Position numbers and translations under genes: made by a program. A DNA stretch of 63,911 nt, filler included, from Dimargaris cristalligena (taxonomy: Eukaryota): the NCBI GenBank assembly GCA_003614675.1. It is 5 parts of 5 records of this genome, joined end to end, with 100 filler letters (N's around TTAATTAATTAA, not from the genome) between each part and the next. Parts side by side here need not be neighbours in the genome. Positions count along the whole stretch, not along the records: positions 38,724 to 51,508 come from ML003028.1; positions 51,609 to 63,911 come from ML003043.1; 3 more parts are not named here. One strand, written 5' to 3'. The notes beneath the pieces are model-generated. The model had not been told where the DNA came from, ran no database searches, and saw nothing but the letters and a program-made list of their open reading frames with translations. Below, piece by piece: positions 47,868 to 58,916 of the stretch. Every line of letters begins with the position of its first letter. The first letter of the stretch is position 1.

Positions 47868-49730
47868 ATGAAGGTGACTTATCGCGTCGGTATCCTGCAA
47901 TGCCTTATGCTCACCATGGTGGTTCTGGCCGCGGATTCGGGTGATGACGTTTCGTACGGTGATAATCAGCCCCCGGCTCCGCCTTCGTACATTAGTACCG
48001 CTGAACCTCCCCAGCCCGAGACTAGCGAAGAGCCGGCTCCAATGGAACCTTCCTACGAGGCCGGAACCCCCATTGGAACTCCGACCGAGTATGTTCCTCC
48101 AGTTGAGACGCCCTATGAAACTCCAACCCAATATGTCCCTCCGGTTGAGACGCCCTACGAAACTCCCACCGAGTACGTTCCCCCGGTTGAGTTCCCCTCG
48201 TACTCGGAACAGCCCGCCGTCGAAACGGTGGTGGTGACCGAAGAGGTGGAAGTCACGGTGGGACCGGAGCCCACCACCGTGTACCAAACACCTGAAACTA
48301 TGACGGAAGTAGTCGAAGTCACGGTGCAACCGGAGCCCACCACCGTGTACCAAGCCCCCGAAACTATGACGAAAATAGTCGAAGTCACGGTGCAACCAGA
48401 GCCCACCACCATCTACGAGTATAAGTACCCGGAGCCCGTGGCTTCCTATGTTCCGCGCCCTAAGCCCGACAATCCGCCCCAGCCGGTATATGAGGCACCG
48501 GAATCGGAACCGCAACCCGAGAGTCCGCCCCTGCGGGATTACGAGGGTGAAGCACCTGCGTCTCTGCCTCAGCGAAAGTACGAAGGTGTGGCACTCGAGC
48601 CGGATAGTGATAGTAACGAACCCGAGACACCATCTCAATCGGGCGACGATGACGCCGAACCTGAATATCCGTCTCAGCCCGAAGACGATGGCACTGAGCC
48701 TGGATACCCCCCTCAGCCGGAATACGACAGTACCGAACCGGAAACTCCCTCCCTGCCGGCGAACTATAAAAGCGCGATGCCCAAGCCGGTGACTGAACCC
48801 CCCACTTCTTCGGATGACCAGCAGGAAATGGAGCCCCAGGATATGGGCAGCGCCGACTCCGGAGAGGAACCCAACGCGGAGTATGAACAGCAGCCGGAAA
48901 CCGGCGACATGGCTGACGATGGTACCACCAATTCCGACCAGTTGGGGGTCCAGCAGGCCGCCCAAATGGCCCAGGTGTTCGCCGCCATGGACAACGACGA
49001 TGGTGACTACGGTATTTTCGGCCGTAACGGGGGCGGCAATTATCAGGAAGATCCGGCCGCGGGTGCTATGCAGCGTCGGGCCGAGGGTGACGCCAGTGTC
49101 AACTCCGAATTGTTAGAATCGACCCCCGAAGGCGCGCCTACATCCACCAAAATTGAGGCCCAATTCACGACCCAGAATATCTTCACCCGCATCACTATTC
49201 CGGCGGCTATGTTTACCTCTTTGCAGCAGGCAGTGGCCACCTCCCTTCCCACCCCCGCATCGTCGACCTCGACCTCGCCTTCGTCTTCTTCGTCCTCAAC
49301 CTCAACCTCGACTTCTACTTCGACTTCTGGGTCCTCCTCGCTGACCTCGTTGGCCTCGTCTTCCGAGTCTCCCAAAGCTTCGACCTTACCCGAGTCGTCG
49401 ACTACGGCCGAACCGTCGTGGGCGCAGATAGAGTGGGCGCCTCTCCCGGCTGTCCCGGGGGCATCCCAGCCCACTCAGCAAACCGCCTCCGCGAACGAAG
49501 CCCCCAAAGGGGCCCAGAAAACCCACAACCACCCCGAAACGACTACTGAGACGCCGACCACGTCGAGCCACTCGTCGTCTTCGACTTTCTCGCTGTCCTC
49601 GACCTCTTCGAGCATGAGCATGAGCTCCGATGCAGTCTCGCGTCGTTTGACCCACGGCATTGGTTCGGTTGGATCAGCCCTGCTGGTCGTCATTCTAGTA
49701 CAATTTTGGACCGTCGGTGCGGGATTTTAA
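47868..49730 (+). CDS. Secreted, probably GPI-anchored Pro/Glu/Thr/Ser-rich cell-surface protein with tandem repeats
   Basis: Signal peptide; 3x TPT(E/Q)YVPPVE; 3x VEVTV(G/Q)PEPTT(V/I)Y; Ser/Thr stalk; SSDA followed by a hydrophobic C-terminal tail; TATAAA at ~47664. Confidence 0.82.
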   Translation: MKVTYRVGILQCLMLTMVVLAADSGDDVSYGDNQPPAPPSYISTAEPPQPETSEEPAPMEPSYEAGTPIGTPTEYVPPVETPYETPTQYVPPVETPYETPTEYVPPVEFPSYSEQPAVETVVVTEEVEVTVGPEPTTVYQTPETMTEVVEVTVQPEPTTVYQAPETMTKIVEVTVQPEPTTIYEYKYPEPVASYVPRPKPDNPPQPVYEAPESEPQPESPPLRDYEGEAPASLPQRKYEGVALEPDSDSNEPETPSQSGDDDAEPEYPSQPEDDGTEPGYPPQPEYDSTEPETPSLPANYKSAMPKPVTEPPTSSDDQQEMEPQDMGSADSGEEPNAEYEQQPETGDMADDGTTNSDQLGVQQAAQMAQVFAAMDNDDGDYGIFGRNGGGNYQEDPAAGAMQRRAEGDASVNSELLESTPEGAPTSTKIEAQFTTQNIFTRITIPAAMFTSLQQAVATSLPTPASSTSTSPSSSSSSTSTSTSTSTSGSSSLTSLASSSESPKASTLPESSTTAEPSWAQIEWAPLPAVPGASQPTQQTASANEAPKGAQKTHNHPETTTETPTTSSHSSSSTFSLSSTSSSMSMSSDAVSRRLTHGIGSVGSALLVVILVQFWTVGAGF

Positions 49731-50558
49731 ACCAACTATTTCTATGTAGCACCGGCCCGGCCTCGTAACTCTGTATCGTGTAGGATGGAACGGGAGCAGC
49801 AGCTATTCTAGTCTGATCCCTAATCCTAATCCTAATCCTAACTCTATGATTTTGGGTTTTTTGTACAAGTAGGCACGGAGACCGTGAGGCTTTGCATATT
49901 TGTCCATCCCTATTTATTATCGCCGTAGTTAAATGGCCGTTAAAGATCCTCTCAGCCTTGGCATTTTGCCCCCTTCTAATAGGGGGTTTATCGGCTGATC
50001 TTTATCCGAAATGATTTCGCTTACCCCACTTGGTCTTTGCAATAAACATCCGCTTTGTTTGAAAGTTACTTTACAACCTGGGCTAAGCCACCCTAGCCTA
50101 GTTAGCCCTACGGGTGTGGCAATTGCCATTCTGGCCAGTATTGTCGTCCTACCAGCAGACATGGCGATTTTAAGCCTTTGCTCCTCACTAGTCATCACAT
50201 GGCAGTCGGCTACTAGTGCTGCGCTCTCCCCAAGAGGAGGATTGGGCTAGCTTTGGCCAACCTGGGAAAGCTACTGAGAAAAGCATATAGCCTATAAGCG
50301 GTTTCAGGAGAGGTAGTGGGTGGGCCTCCTCGCGCATACATTAACAAGTGACGTTTCCCCCCATACAGCGACCCCACCGATAAAACCACGCTGGTCTGGC
50401 CTTGCCTTGTTGTCTTAAGGATCTTCTATCGGTTTATTCGCCCCTTCGCATTAACCTCCCATTGCCGTTCCCCGTTTCCTGACCGACTGTTGACGCTCCG
50501 GCATTTCTCTCTTTCGTTTCCACCCAAACCCGGTGCCCTCCCCTCTATATAATCTCCC

Positions 50559-51508
50559 ATGCAAATCATCGTTGAAAAGCGCCGCAAGCAGACCGCCAAC
50601 CCGGCCTCCGGCCCGGCCAAGTCCAGCGGCCCTTTTCCACTTACCGTGGACTTGCCCACTCAAGCGGGCCTAACCGTAGGTGAACTCAAAGCGGCCATCG
50701 CTAAACGGGTCCCCCGACTCAGTCCTGAACGTCAACGCTTGACGCTATCGACCGCCGGTTCTACCCCCCTGCTGGACGACCGCGCCGAGTTAGCCTCCGT
50801 GGGCGTGGTGGACGGGGTCACGGTTCAGGTGAAGGACCTCGGTCCCCAGGTGGGCTGGCGCACGACTTTTATCTGCGAATACCTCGGCCCGTTCCTGGCC
50901 AACCCCCTCTTCTATTTCTTCCCCCAATTTTTCTACCGTTCCGTGGTGGGCCCCGCTGTCCTGCATAGCCCGATGCAGAAAGTGGCCCTGCTCCTCTTCG
51001 AACTCCACTTCGCCAAGCGCCTGTACGAAACCATCTTCGTGCACCGTTTCAGCAACGGCACGATGCCCCTGACCAACCTGATCAAAAATACCGCCTACTA
51101 TACCCTCATGGCCGGCGTCAGTGTAGGCTTCTGGGTGTACGGACCCTGGAATACAGTCGCCCAGGCCAGCAGTTACCGCTCCCCGCTCGAAGCCGCCGTC
51201 TGCGTGGCCCTGTTTTTATTCGCGGAAGTGTCCAATTACATCACCCACCGTAACTTGAGTAGCCTGCGCCCCCCCGGTACGCGGGTGCGGAAGATCCCCC
51301 GGGGCTACGGCTTCGACCTGGTGAGCTGCCCCAACTACCTCTTCGAGGTCATGGCCTGGGTGGTCTTCACTTACTATACCCGCTCGTTGGCTTCGCTGGC
51401 CTTTACCCTGGCCGGGGCTGGGCAGATGTACGTCTGGGCGGTTAAGAAGCACCGCAATTATCTGCGGGAGTTCCCCGACTATCCCAAGGACCGTCGGGCC
51501 ATGATCGC
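50559..51508 (+). CDS. TSC13: Very-long-chain enoyl-CoA reductase, last few codons lost at contig end
   Basis: Ubiquitin-like N-domain, KDLGPQVGWRTTFICEYLGP, HFAKRLYETIFVHRFS, RKIPRGYGFDLVSCPNY, WAVKKHRNYLREFPDYP. Confidence 0.95.
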
Positions 51509-51608
51509 NNNNNNNNNNNNNNNNNNNNNNNNNNNNNNNNNNNNNNNNNNNNTTAATTAATTAANNNNNNNNNNNNNNNNNNNNNNNNNNNNNNNNNNNN
51601 NNNNNNNN
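51509..51608. other. Artificial contig linker
   Basis: 44 N + TTAATTAATTAA + 44 N. Confidence 0.97.
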
Positions 51609-54600
51609 GGCCAAACCCTGTTTTCGGACTGTAGCGGTCCATATGCCGCATCTATCCTCAGATGGATTTTCCCTATCTATTCTGAATAACACCATTAGAA
51701 CAAGCTTTGAAAGACGGCAATATGCTGACATTTCCACCTCGGCCTACTGCTGCCCCACCTACATTTACATACCCCCCTCCTTCATTCAACCCGGTATCCG
51801 CTGTAACAGAAGAGTGGATGGCGGGCCGTTTTTTATACAAGGAGTATAAAGCCGCAGGTTAATAAACCATACCAGATCAGCCTTTCTGCCATTATGCGGG
51901 CAGAGTCGGGATTATCAGCTGTCTTTCATTAATCCCACCCACATATACTATATTACTTCTATACCCCCCCCTTTAGCACGTAGGCATTATACTACCGTTC
52001 AACCTAATGTCCAGCCCTGCTTTATTTCGAGGGCAAGGGAGGCCGGACTACAACGACGAGGGCTGGATTAAAGACAGGCGATAATCCCCCAAGTTCCGAT
52101 GATACCCACCTACACTTGCCAAAGCGAAATTTGAGCTGGCATAGCGGATGAATGAGAAGAGGAGGGAGGGGAAAAGCTAATTTACACGGTCGATCCCAAG
52201 ATTCCTGGATGAAGGTGATGATCGCTCCTATTTAATTTGACAATCGCACTCTTGCCAATCTCGATTATTTCCAAGGCTGGACTGTTTTGTTGCCGCCCAT
52301 TGTACTTCATTCCTGTGATGGAGAGGATATGTTGGCTATACACCTTACCCCCCACCTTCGCATCCATTCTGGCAAAATATGTTGACTCTCACTCTTCCTC
52401 TGCCTGTGCCACCCCTCCCTCTAGTACCCCCAATGGATTGAGTGATAGAGTGCCTGCGAAGAACACCAGGCAAACGGGACTTGCCCATGGACTCAATAAA
52501 GGGTAGGTTTTTCCACCAATCAATACTATTATCAGCCCATTACCCCTTTACGGCTTTCGACCCTACCATCTCCAATCAGCGCCTTATACCCTCTCACGAC
52601 TGCCACCCGTCTTTCCTATCCTCCTTCTTGTTAGTTTCCATAACTATTTCCCAACATAACGGCTATTTTGTTCGCCATGCTCCTCGTCCAAGTTGCCGTG
52701 TTCGCCAATGTATTATAATCAAAAAAATCGCCTCCAATGAACCCTGGGCGATAAACGGGCCCAAATTTTACAAGAAGCTGTAGCCTAAGGACGGCAGCGT
52801 GAATCCTGATACAAATAAGAAGCCCAACACGAATCCTGCTGTGCAGACCCAAGTACCTACGGTGGCCGGTTTTAAGCAAATTCTCCAGAATAATTCTAAA
52901 GTCCCAGCCTAAGAAAAATTCACCATCCCGGAGTAACGCCATCTGAGTTGATGGGGCCTTTGGTTATCTACCCGCATCCCTTCATTAGGTGTACACCGGG
53001 TTTGTCGGGATGCGGTCAACCAAGTCGCCGCCATTGGCTCTTTCGCTTATGGTGGACCTTAGTTCAAGGCTACTTACCCGGTTTTGTCTTACCATTGGCT
53101 GACGGTAGCGGGAAAACGGCGCGTGGCCTGTACTCGTTTGTATCTACAGGCTCCAATTGCCTGGCATTACTTCTTTTGCATCACTATTTTTTCACCGTTG
53201 AATTGATGGCCACGTAAGCCCCTTGACAAATAAATGATGCTAGCATATATGTATATATATATAGGCTCTGGTTTATCTACTCACGAGTTAGACCTTGGGG
53301 TGCGTTCATTGGGGATATGGGGAATGCTACTTTACCCCCCGCAGCGAATGCCCTGGGGACTAGAGGTTTAATGAATGCTCCAACAGTTGTAGTGGTGTAG
53401 ATGGGTACAGCTTATAATGCGATACTGGCCTCTTCGATTTGGGTGGGGCAGTTGAAACTCTATCAATTGTATTATGGGATTCCCGCAGACGAGAATGCTT
53501 AAGTTATGCACTATGCACTTTCCTATATGTGGGCCACCCATTACACTGCCCATAGGGTGGCAAACAATTTAAATTGATTTAGCCGAAACCCATTTCGCAA
53601 TGGCACGGGTGTAGATTTAGAAGTATACTAACCCTCGGTACTCACCACTTGACCTCGGCCCTTTTATCCTCTACTCGGTTTCTACATTGCTGTTCGTGTG
53701 TTTTGTAGCATTTCAACTGGTTGAGCTATTGCGACGCTAACACTATCTCCAACCCTCGTTGACTGCTTATCCCTACGGCTATTAGATCTTGAAGAGCTGT
53801 ATATACCACTCCACCTTATGCTCTTGCGCAGCCGTTGACATTAGTGAATAATTGGGAATTATTATACTGGTCTATCTGGCATACGGCAAGCATATATTAT
53901 AGCAAAGCGTCCAATGGCTGAGGGCTGACCTTCGAATAAGTGCAGTACAGGAACCGGATACCCAAGCTTTGTTCCAATGAATTCCGATAGGTAACAAAAT
54001 CAAGGAATATCCCCGGTCTTGGCGTAAGGGTGAGTAGGACTTAGAATACGCTGTTTAGTCTATAACATGTATGATACCAATTGATGACTATACAATGCTT
54101 CGAAGAATGAAACATCGAGACGGGGAATAAGGCAAAATGAAGTATTCATCATTGATTAATAACTAGACAAGATAAGGTAGGAAAGGATACGAAAGCGATA
54201 AATGGTCATTTTTTACTATTCGGTCAAACCTCCGGGGGGTTCCAAATGGATGCCCGATTCCAAGGCTTAAATAGCCGGAGAGCCGGATCAACTGTGTCCG
54301 GGGAAATAGTATGCCTACTGCTGACAACCGAGAGCTCCGCTAGTGTATCGGTTATGCCTGCATTCGCTTTTTCTAGGGTGCTGCCAATGGGTTGGCAGCA
54401 GTAGTTAGTCGCACTTCCGCGAGCATCGTACCGACAACCCTAGATGTCTTCAAGGACCTTAATTCGGAAAATGAACTCAGGCTTTACGACATAGTCCCAC
54501 CTTAATAAACGATAAGGATGGGCGGAGCTATGTTTCTAATTTGGGTGCAGTCCGTTTGGCTGTCACCCCTACTGGCCTATTAAGTTGGGCTGATAAGGTA

Positions 54601-55124
54601 CCCTAGTGACATTGCCCAATGATCTCGTAGACAGCCAGGTGCACGGATGGCCAATTTCGGAAACTATAATCTAGCCCTCCGTAAAATTGGGCCGCGCCAG
54701 GCGAGGATATAATTCGGTTATTTGAAGTTAACAGATAGTTGACTGGCCGGCACTGGAATCAGATAATAGTTGTTAATGATTCAGCAATGAGTGACTGATT
54801 CATCACCGGTAAAACCAGTCACGTTTGCATCTGGCAGCAATATACACTCACAAACGCATACCGTTTTGCAATTGGTTTGATATATTACAATACGATGTAC
54901 CCCGAAAACATTAAACATTATTCGGACGAGCAAATAAACTAAATAGCTGTAGTTCCCTTACAAAAACATGCTCCTTTGTAAATCAAAAAGTCGGTTTATT
55001 TCGGGTGAAGCAGCATCCCCTACGTCGGACATGACCGCTTATGGATATCCTGAAACTCCTACAAACTTTACACTTCGTCCACTCCTTTACCAAACTAAGG
55101 GTTGCACATATGCGTCCAGTTCCT

Positions 55125-57159
55125 TCAATTGTACCACTTCGTCCACTTATGATACATATCCGCCACCTGATCCGGCTCCCAATGGCCTCCATCAAACTGG
55201 AAATCCATTGACACCACTTCCGCAAACCCCTCGGCCTCAGTCGGAGTTTCGAACCGACTTTTATACGTGTTAAACACGATGCTCGAAAGGGCCGACCGGG
55301 CCCTGGGAGATTCGGTAGTGGGGTAGTGGCCGGGATAAGCAATGTGGCAAATAAACGCGGCCGGTTCAGCGACCAGATGGGCCCAGGCCCGGAAAATATT
55401 ATTATGCCGCGCCACGTCTTCGGAGGCGCTTAAGTGGAGGCAGCGCACGGGTACGTTGTGTCGTTGGGCCACGCGAATGTATTCGGCCCGGGTCGACCGG
55501 TCGGGGTTGGTATTATCCACCACCACCGACTGCCCCGCTTGTAACGCTTGGTCACAGGCCGCCACGCATTTGGCCCGCGTTTTGAGGGTGTCCTGATTCA
55601 CGTGGGTGTAGCCGGCGGGGCGGAACGCTCGTTCAACTATACTTGATTTACCCGAAGCGGGGAAACCCACCACTACCACTAGTTCGGGCGATTGGTCCCG
55701 GGACCTTAGTTGAAGCTGTTCAGCGGTGGAGGGCAGTGTCGGCGGGGCGTCGGAGTCGGGGGCAGCTCCGATTCCAGTCTTTCCCAACTGACGGGCGACT
55801 TCGGCGCTTAGAGGGACCCGAGTCGGATGGAATTCCCCGTAGGAGAACGGAGCCGGTGCTTCACCGTGGAAGTATTCTTCGGGCGTGTGAAACGGCAGCC
55901 TAAGATTTTCGGCAAACTTACGGTCAGTGTCCGCGAAATCCACCTTCATCCCCCGCTTCCAATGGTGGGGTCGACCCGCGGCGTCCCCCACGTAGAAACT
56001 TTGGCCTAGATCAATGGGTATGCCGTCGTTCAAGTGGAGCGCCAAAAAGTGCCACATGCCGCTCCGGGGCTTGCGGTACAGATCGTACTGGGTGGCCGCC
56101 AGGAAGTGGAAAGGGATTTGGAGTTGGTGGGCGATCTGGTTCAGTTTGTTTCGGAAAAGAAGGTACTTGGCAAAGGCTTTCGGGTTGCCCTTGTCGAAGG
56201 AGTAGCGGAGCCCCGCTTGGTTGGAAATAATCGCAATCTTGTAGCTGGGATATGGTAATACGTGGGAGGGGGGGGATTGTAGTTGATAGAAGGGAAGAGG
56301 CGTGGGAGGAGGTGTAGAATAAAGAATTCAGAAGGAATAAGTATGGTTATAGTTATAGGGAAATGGGAGTTAATATGTTGATAAGAAATGGCATGTCCGT
56401 GGGGTAATTTATAACGGGAATTAGGAATAATGGAATAGTTTAAGGTTGAAGAACCGTATGAACTGGACTTACCCATCAGCAACCAACTGTCGGAGTTTAG
56501 CCGGTATGAAATCGTACAGAAACTCCCAGTCGTCGGCACTTTTGGAGTAGGTGTGGGTGCCCTTAACCTTGATGAGGGTATTGTCCTGTAGATCATTGGA
56601 AATAGCCGGGGATTTAGGGAGAGGAAGGCGGGATGACTCGAATTGGTTAGTCGGGCGGGTTTGGCCAAGGTGGCGGGGGGAGGAGTGACTCGGTAGAAAT
56701 GAATGGATCCCGGGGATGATAAATAAGAGCACACGACTACTACTGCCCGTACTTTGACCTAGACCCGATCCTATTCAACGGGAAACCCATGGACAATCGA
56801 CTTACCAAATCAAAACAGGCGATTTTAGCTCCGGATACGGGCTGCTGGTGGATGCCAATGATTACCGACCCCGATCGAAGCCATTCCACTGCCGAAGCGG
56901 AGTCGCCGCTGGGGGGCACCTTACCAGCGGTCTTGGAAGCAGCAGCCTTGGTCGTGGGGGCCTTGAAGAAGGTGGATAGGGAGGTCTGTTGGGTATCTTT
57001 GGTGTCCGAGGGGATCGGCCAGGCCAAGTCACGCAGGGTTAGGGCGGTGGGATCGGCAGGCAAATCCAGTGGGGCGGGAGCGAGGGGTTCCGGTTGGGTG
57101 GTGCGGGCGGTTTTAGAGGGGGGCTTCCGCGGGGACTGGCCTTGGCGTTTGGGTGGCAT
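55125..57159 (-). CDS. PNKP: Bifunctional polynucleotide kinase/3'-phosphatase; exons 57159-56806, 56585-56473, 56244-55125
   Basis: HAD motif FDL|DNTL split by an intron, IISNQAG, YRKPRSGMW, FYVGDAAGR, P-loop GFPASGKS, VNQDTL, VVDNTNP. Confidence 0.93.
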
Positions 57160-57845
57160 GGCGAATGGATTGGCGGGAGAAAACGGAGGTTTTTTGGTGT
57201 CAGTGGCCGGGAAATCTATACTAGGTTGAAAAAGAGGGAGCGGAGTTGGCTATCACTATCGGGTTACCTAAGTCGGACCTGGAGTGTAGAATAGCCTAAA
57301 ATAAATTACGGATATCCGACAATAAAGGGAAGGTTTGGTTTTACAGAGTGAAAGAGGACTAGCAGTTGCTCCGCCACGGTTGCGTAAGGGATAATAAAGG
57401 AAAGGAAGCAAGGGAGTTAGGTTGCACTTGTGAATCCCCCATGAGGTAACTTAGTCCTACCTAGGCGGGGGGTTCCGCAGGCCCAGGAACAAAAAGCCCA
57501 ACGAACAATACCCTCGAACCCCGTGCCCCCTTCTCCTTACCTACTTCCTCCCTCGCAATACCTAACCATTCCATTACAGTTCACTTTACTAGTTTATTCC
57601 TTTTATATACCCTTTAGTTGGGTCATTTTACCCTTTTGAAGCCATTCTCCAAACCCTCTCTTGTTTTATTGCGGGGCGCTCTACTTCTTGTCCCTCCTTC
57701 TACTCGCGTCCAATAGCAGAACTTCCCTCCTGACTGGGTCACCCCGTCCTCCCTACTACTTTTTTTTCCGCCTGATAACCTCCGCCCCACCCCCCTTTGT
57801 TCTCTTGTTTCCCTTCACTAACCCACCACCAGGTTAGTTGCCACC

Positions 57846-58655
57846 ATGCGCCCTTCATCGGTTGAGCCCCCACCCCGGGTCTCCTCCTCGTCCGAGGCCG
57901 ATTCCGAAGCCGGTCTCGTGGCGGGTGAACCCCGCCGCCCGCGCGACCTCCGCCACGCCGCAGCCCAGGCCCTCGAAAGCCAAACCGCCCATTCGGTCAT
58001 CCTCGTTTTGGTCATTACGGACCTTATCATAGTTCTCCTGGAAATCGCCTTCAGTCTCTACAACCTGGACCACGAGATAGAACACCTCCTGTGGTTCCAA
58101 ATCCTCAAGGGTATCTCGTGGGCCATTCTGGCCGTGTTTATCGTTGAGTGCATAGCTAAATTGCTCGTGTTCGGGTGGTCCTACTATTTGTTGGGCAAGG
58201 ACGGCTGGGTGCATTCCCTGGATGCCCTGATTATCTGGGTATCGTTGATTGTCGAAGTGTGTCTGCACGGCCGGGAACGCGAACTGGCGTCCTTGCTCAT
58301 CGTGCTCCGGCTGTGGCGTATTGTGCGTATCATGGACGGTGTGGCGTTGTCCGTGAAAATGAGCGCTGAGCGGGATGTCCATCGCCTCGAAGGGGAATTG
58401 GCCGCGCTAAAACACGACATGAACCAGTTGCGCGCTTCGAATACCCGCCTCGCCCGCGAACTCCAGGTCTACAAGGCGAAAGCACCTTCTTCCCAGTCGT
58501 TCACCCCGGCATCGACGATAACGATGCTGACACCGACAACCAACCCGGCAACGACAACAAAAGCCAGTCATCCCTATATGACCTCCTCTTCGTCCGGCGC
58601 ACTCCCCGAGCTGGTCCGTTCCCCGGCGGGCCTGTCGTCGCCTAAATCAACCTAG
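57846..58655 (+). CDS. HVCN1: Voltage-gated proton channel Hv1
   Basis: Four TMs; S1 Asp (ITDLIIV); S2 F..E...KL; S3 D; S4 RLWRIVR (RxWRxxR signature); C-terminal coiled coil; no pore domain. Confidence 0.9.
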   Translation: MRPSSVEPPPRVSSSSEADSEAGLVAGEPRRPRDLRHAAAQALESQTAHSVILVLVITDLIIVLLEIAFSLYNLDHEIEHLLWFQILKGISWAILAVFIVECIAKLLVFGWSYYLLGKDGWVHSLDALIIWVSLIVEVCLHGRERELASLLIVLRLWRIVRIMDGVALSVKMSAERDVHRLEGELAALKHDMNQLRASNTRLARELQVYKAKAPSSQSFTPASTITMLTPTTNPATTTKASHPYMTSSSSGALPELVRSPAGLSSPKST

Positions 58656-58882
58656 ATAGATAACCACCACCCCGGCAAAAACACCTGTCGACGGGGAGGT
58701 AGGGTATTGTACCTCCCCTTCTAACCCGAATTATCCATACACCGGTCCCGTGAGACCCGTCTCCGAATTTACTCAGCTTTCATCTTTTTTTGTTTTGCCT
58801 TACCATGCTAATTCACCCTTCACCGTAACGTATGAACCCACCCATACTAACCACCATTAACCTATCTTATTTGCGCCTTATT

Positions 58883-58883
<1 letters not shown>

Positions 58884-58914
<31 letters not shown>
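58884..58914. repeat. (CT)n microsatellite
   Basis: Directly visible dinucleotide run downstream of Hv1. Confidence 0.9.

Positions 58915-58916
<2 letters not shown>

Noticed and set aside
47826-48965. 379-aa antisense ORF over the surface protein
   Set aside because: Shadow of a repetitive GC-rich CDS.
49818-49842. (CCTAAT)n as an interstitial telomere
   Set aside because: Only ~4 units, in a 3' flank; an ordinary microsatellite.
51840-53230. Possible decayed secreted-family gene downstream of TATAAA at ~51845
   Set aside because: Only short broken frames; no signal peptide or family could be supported.
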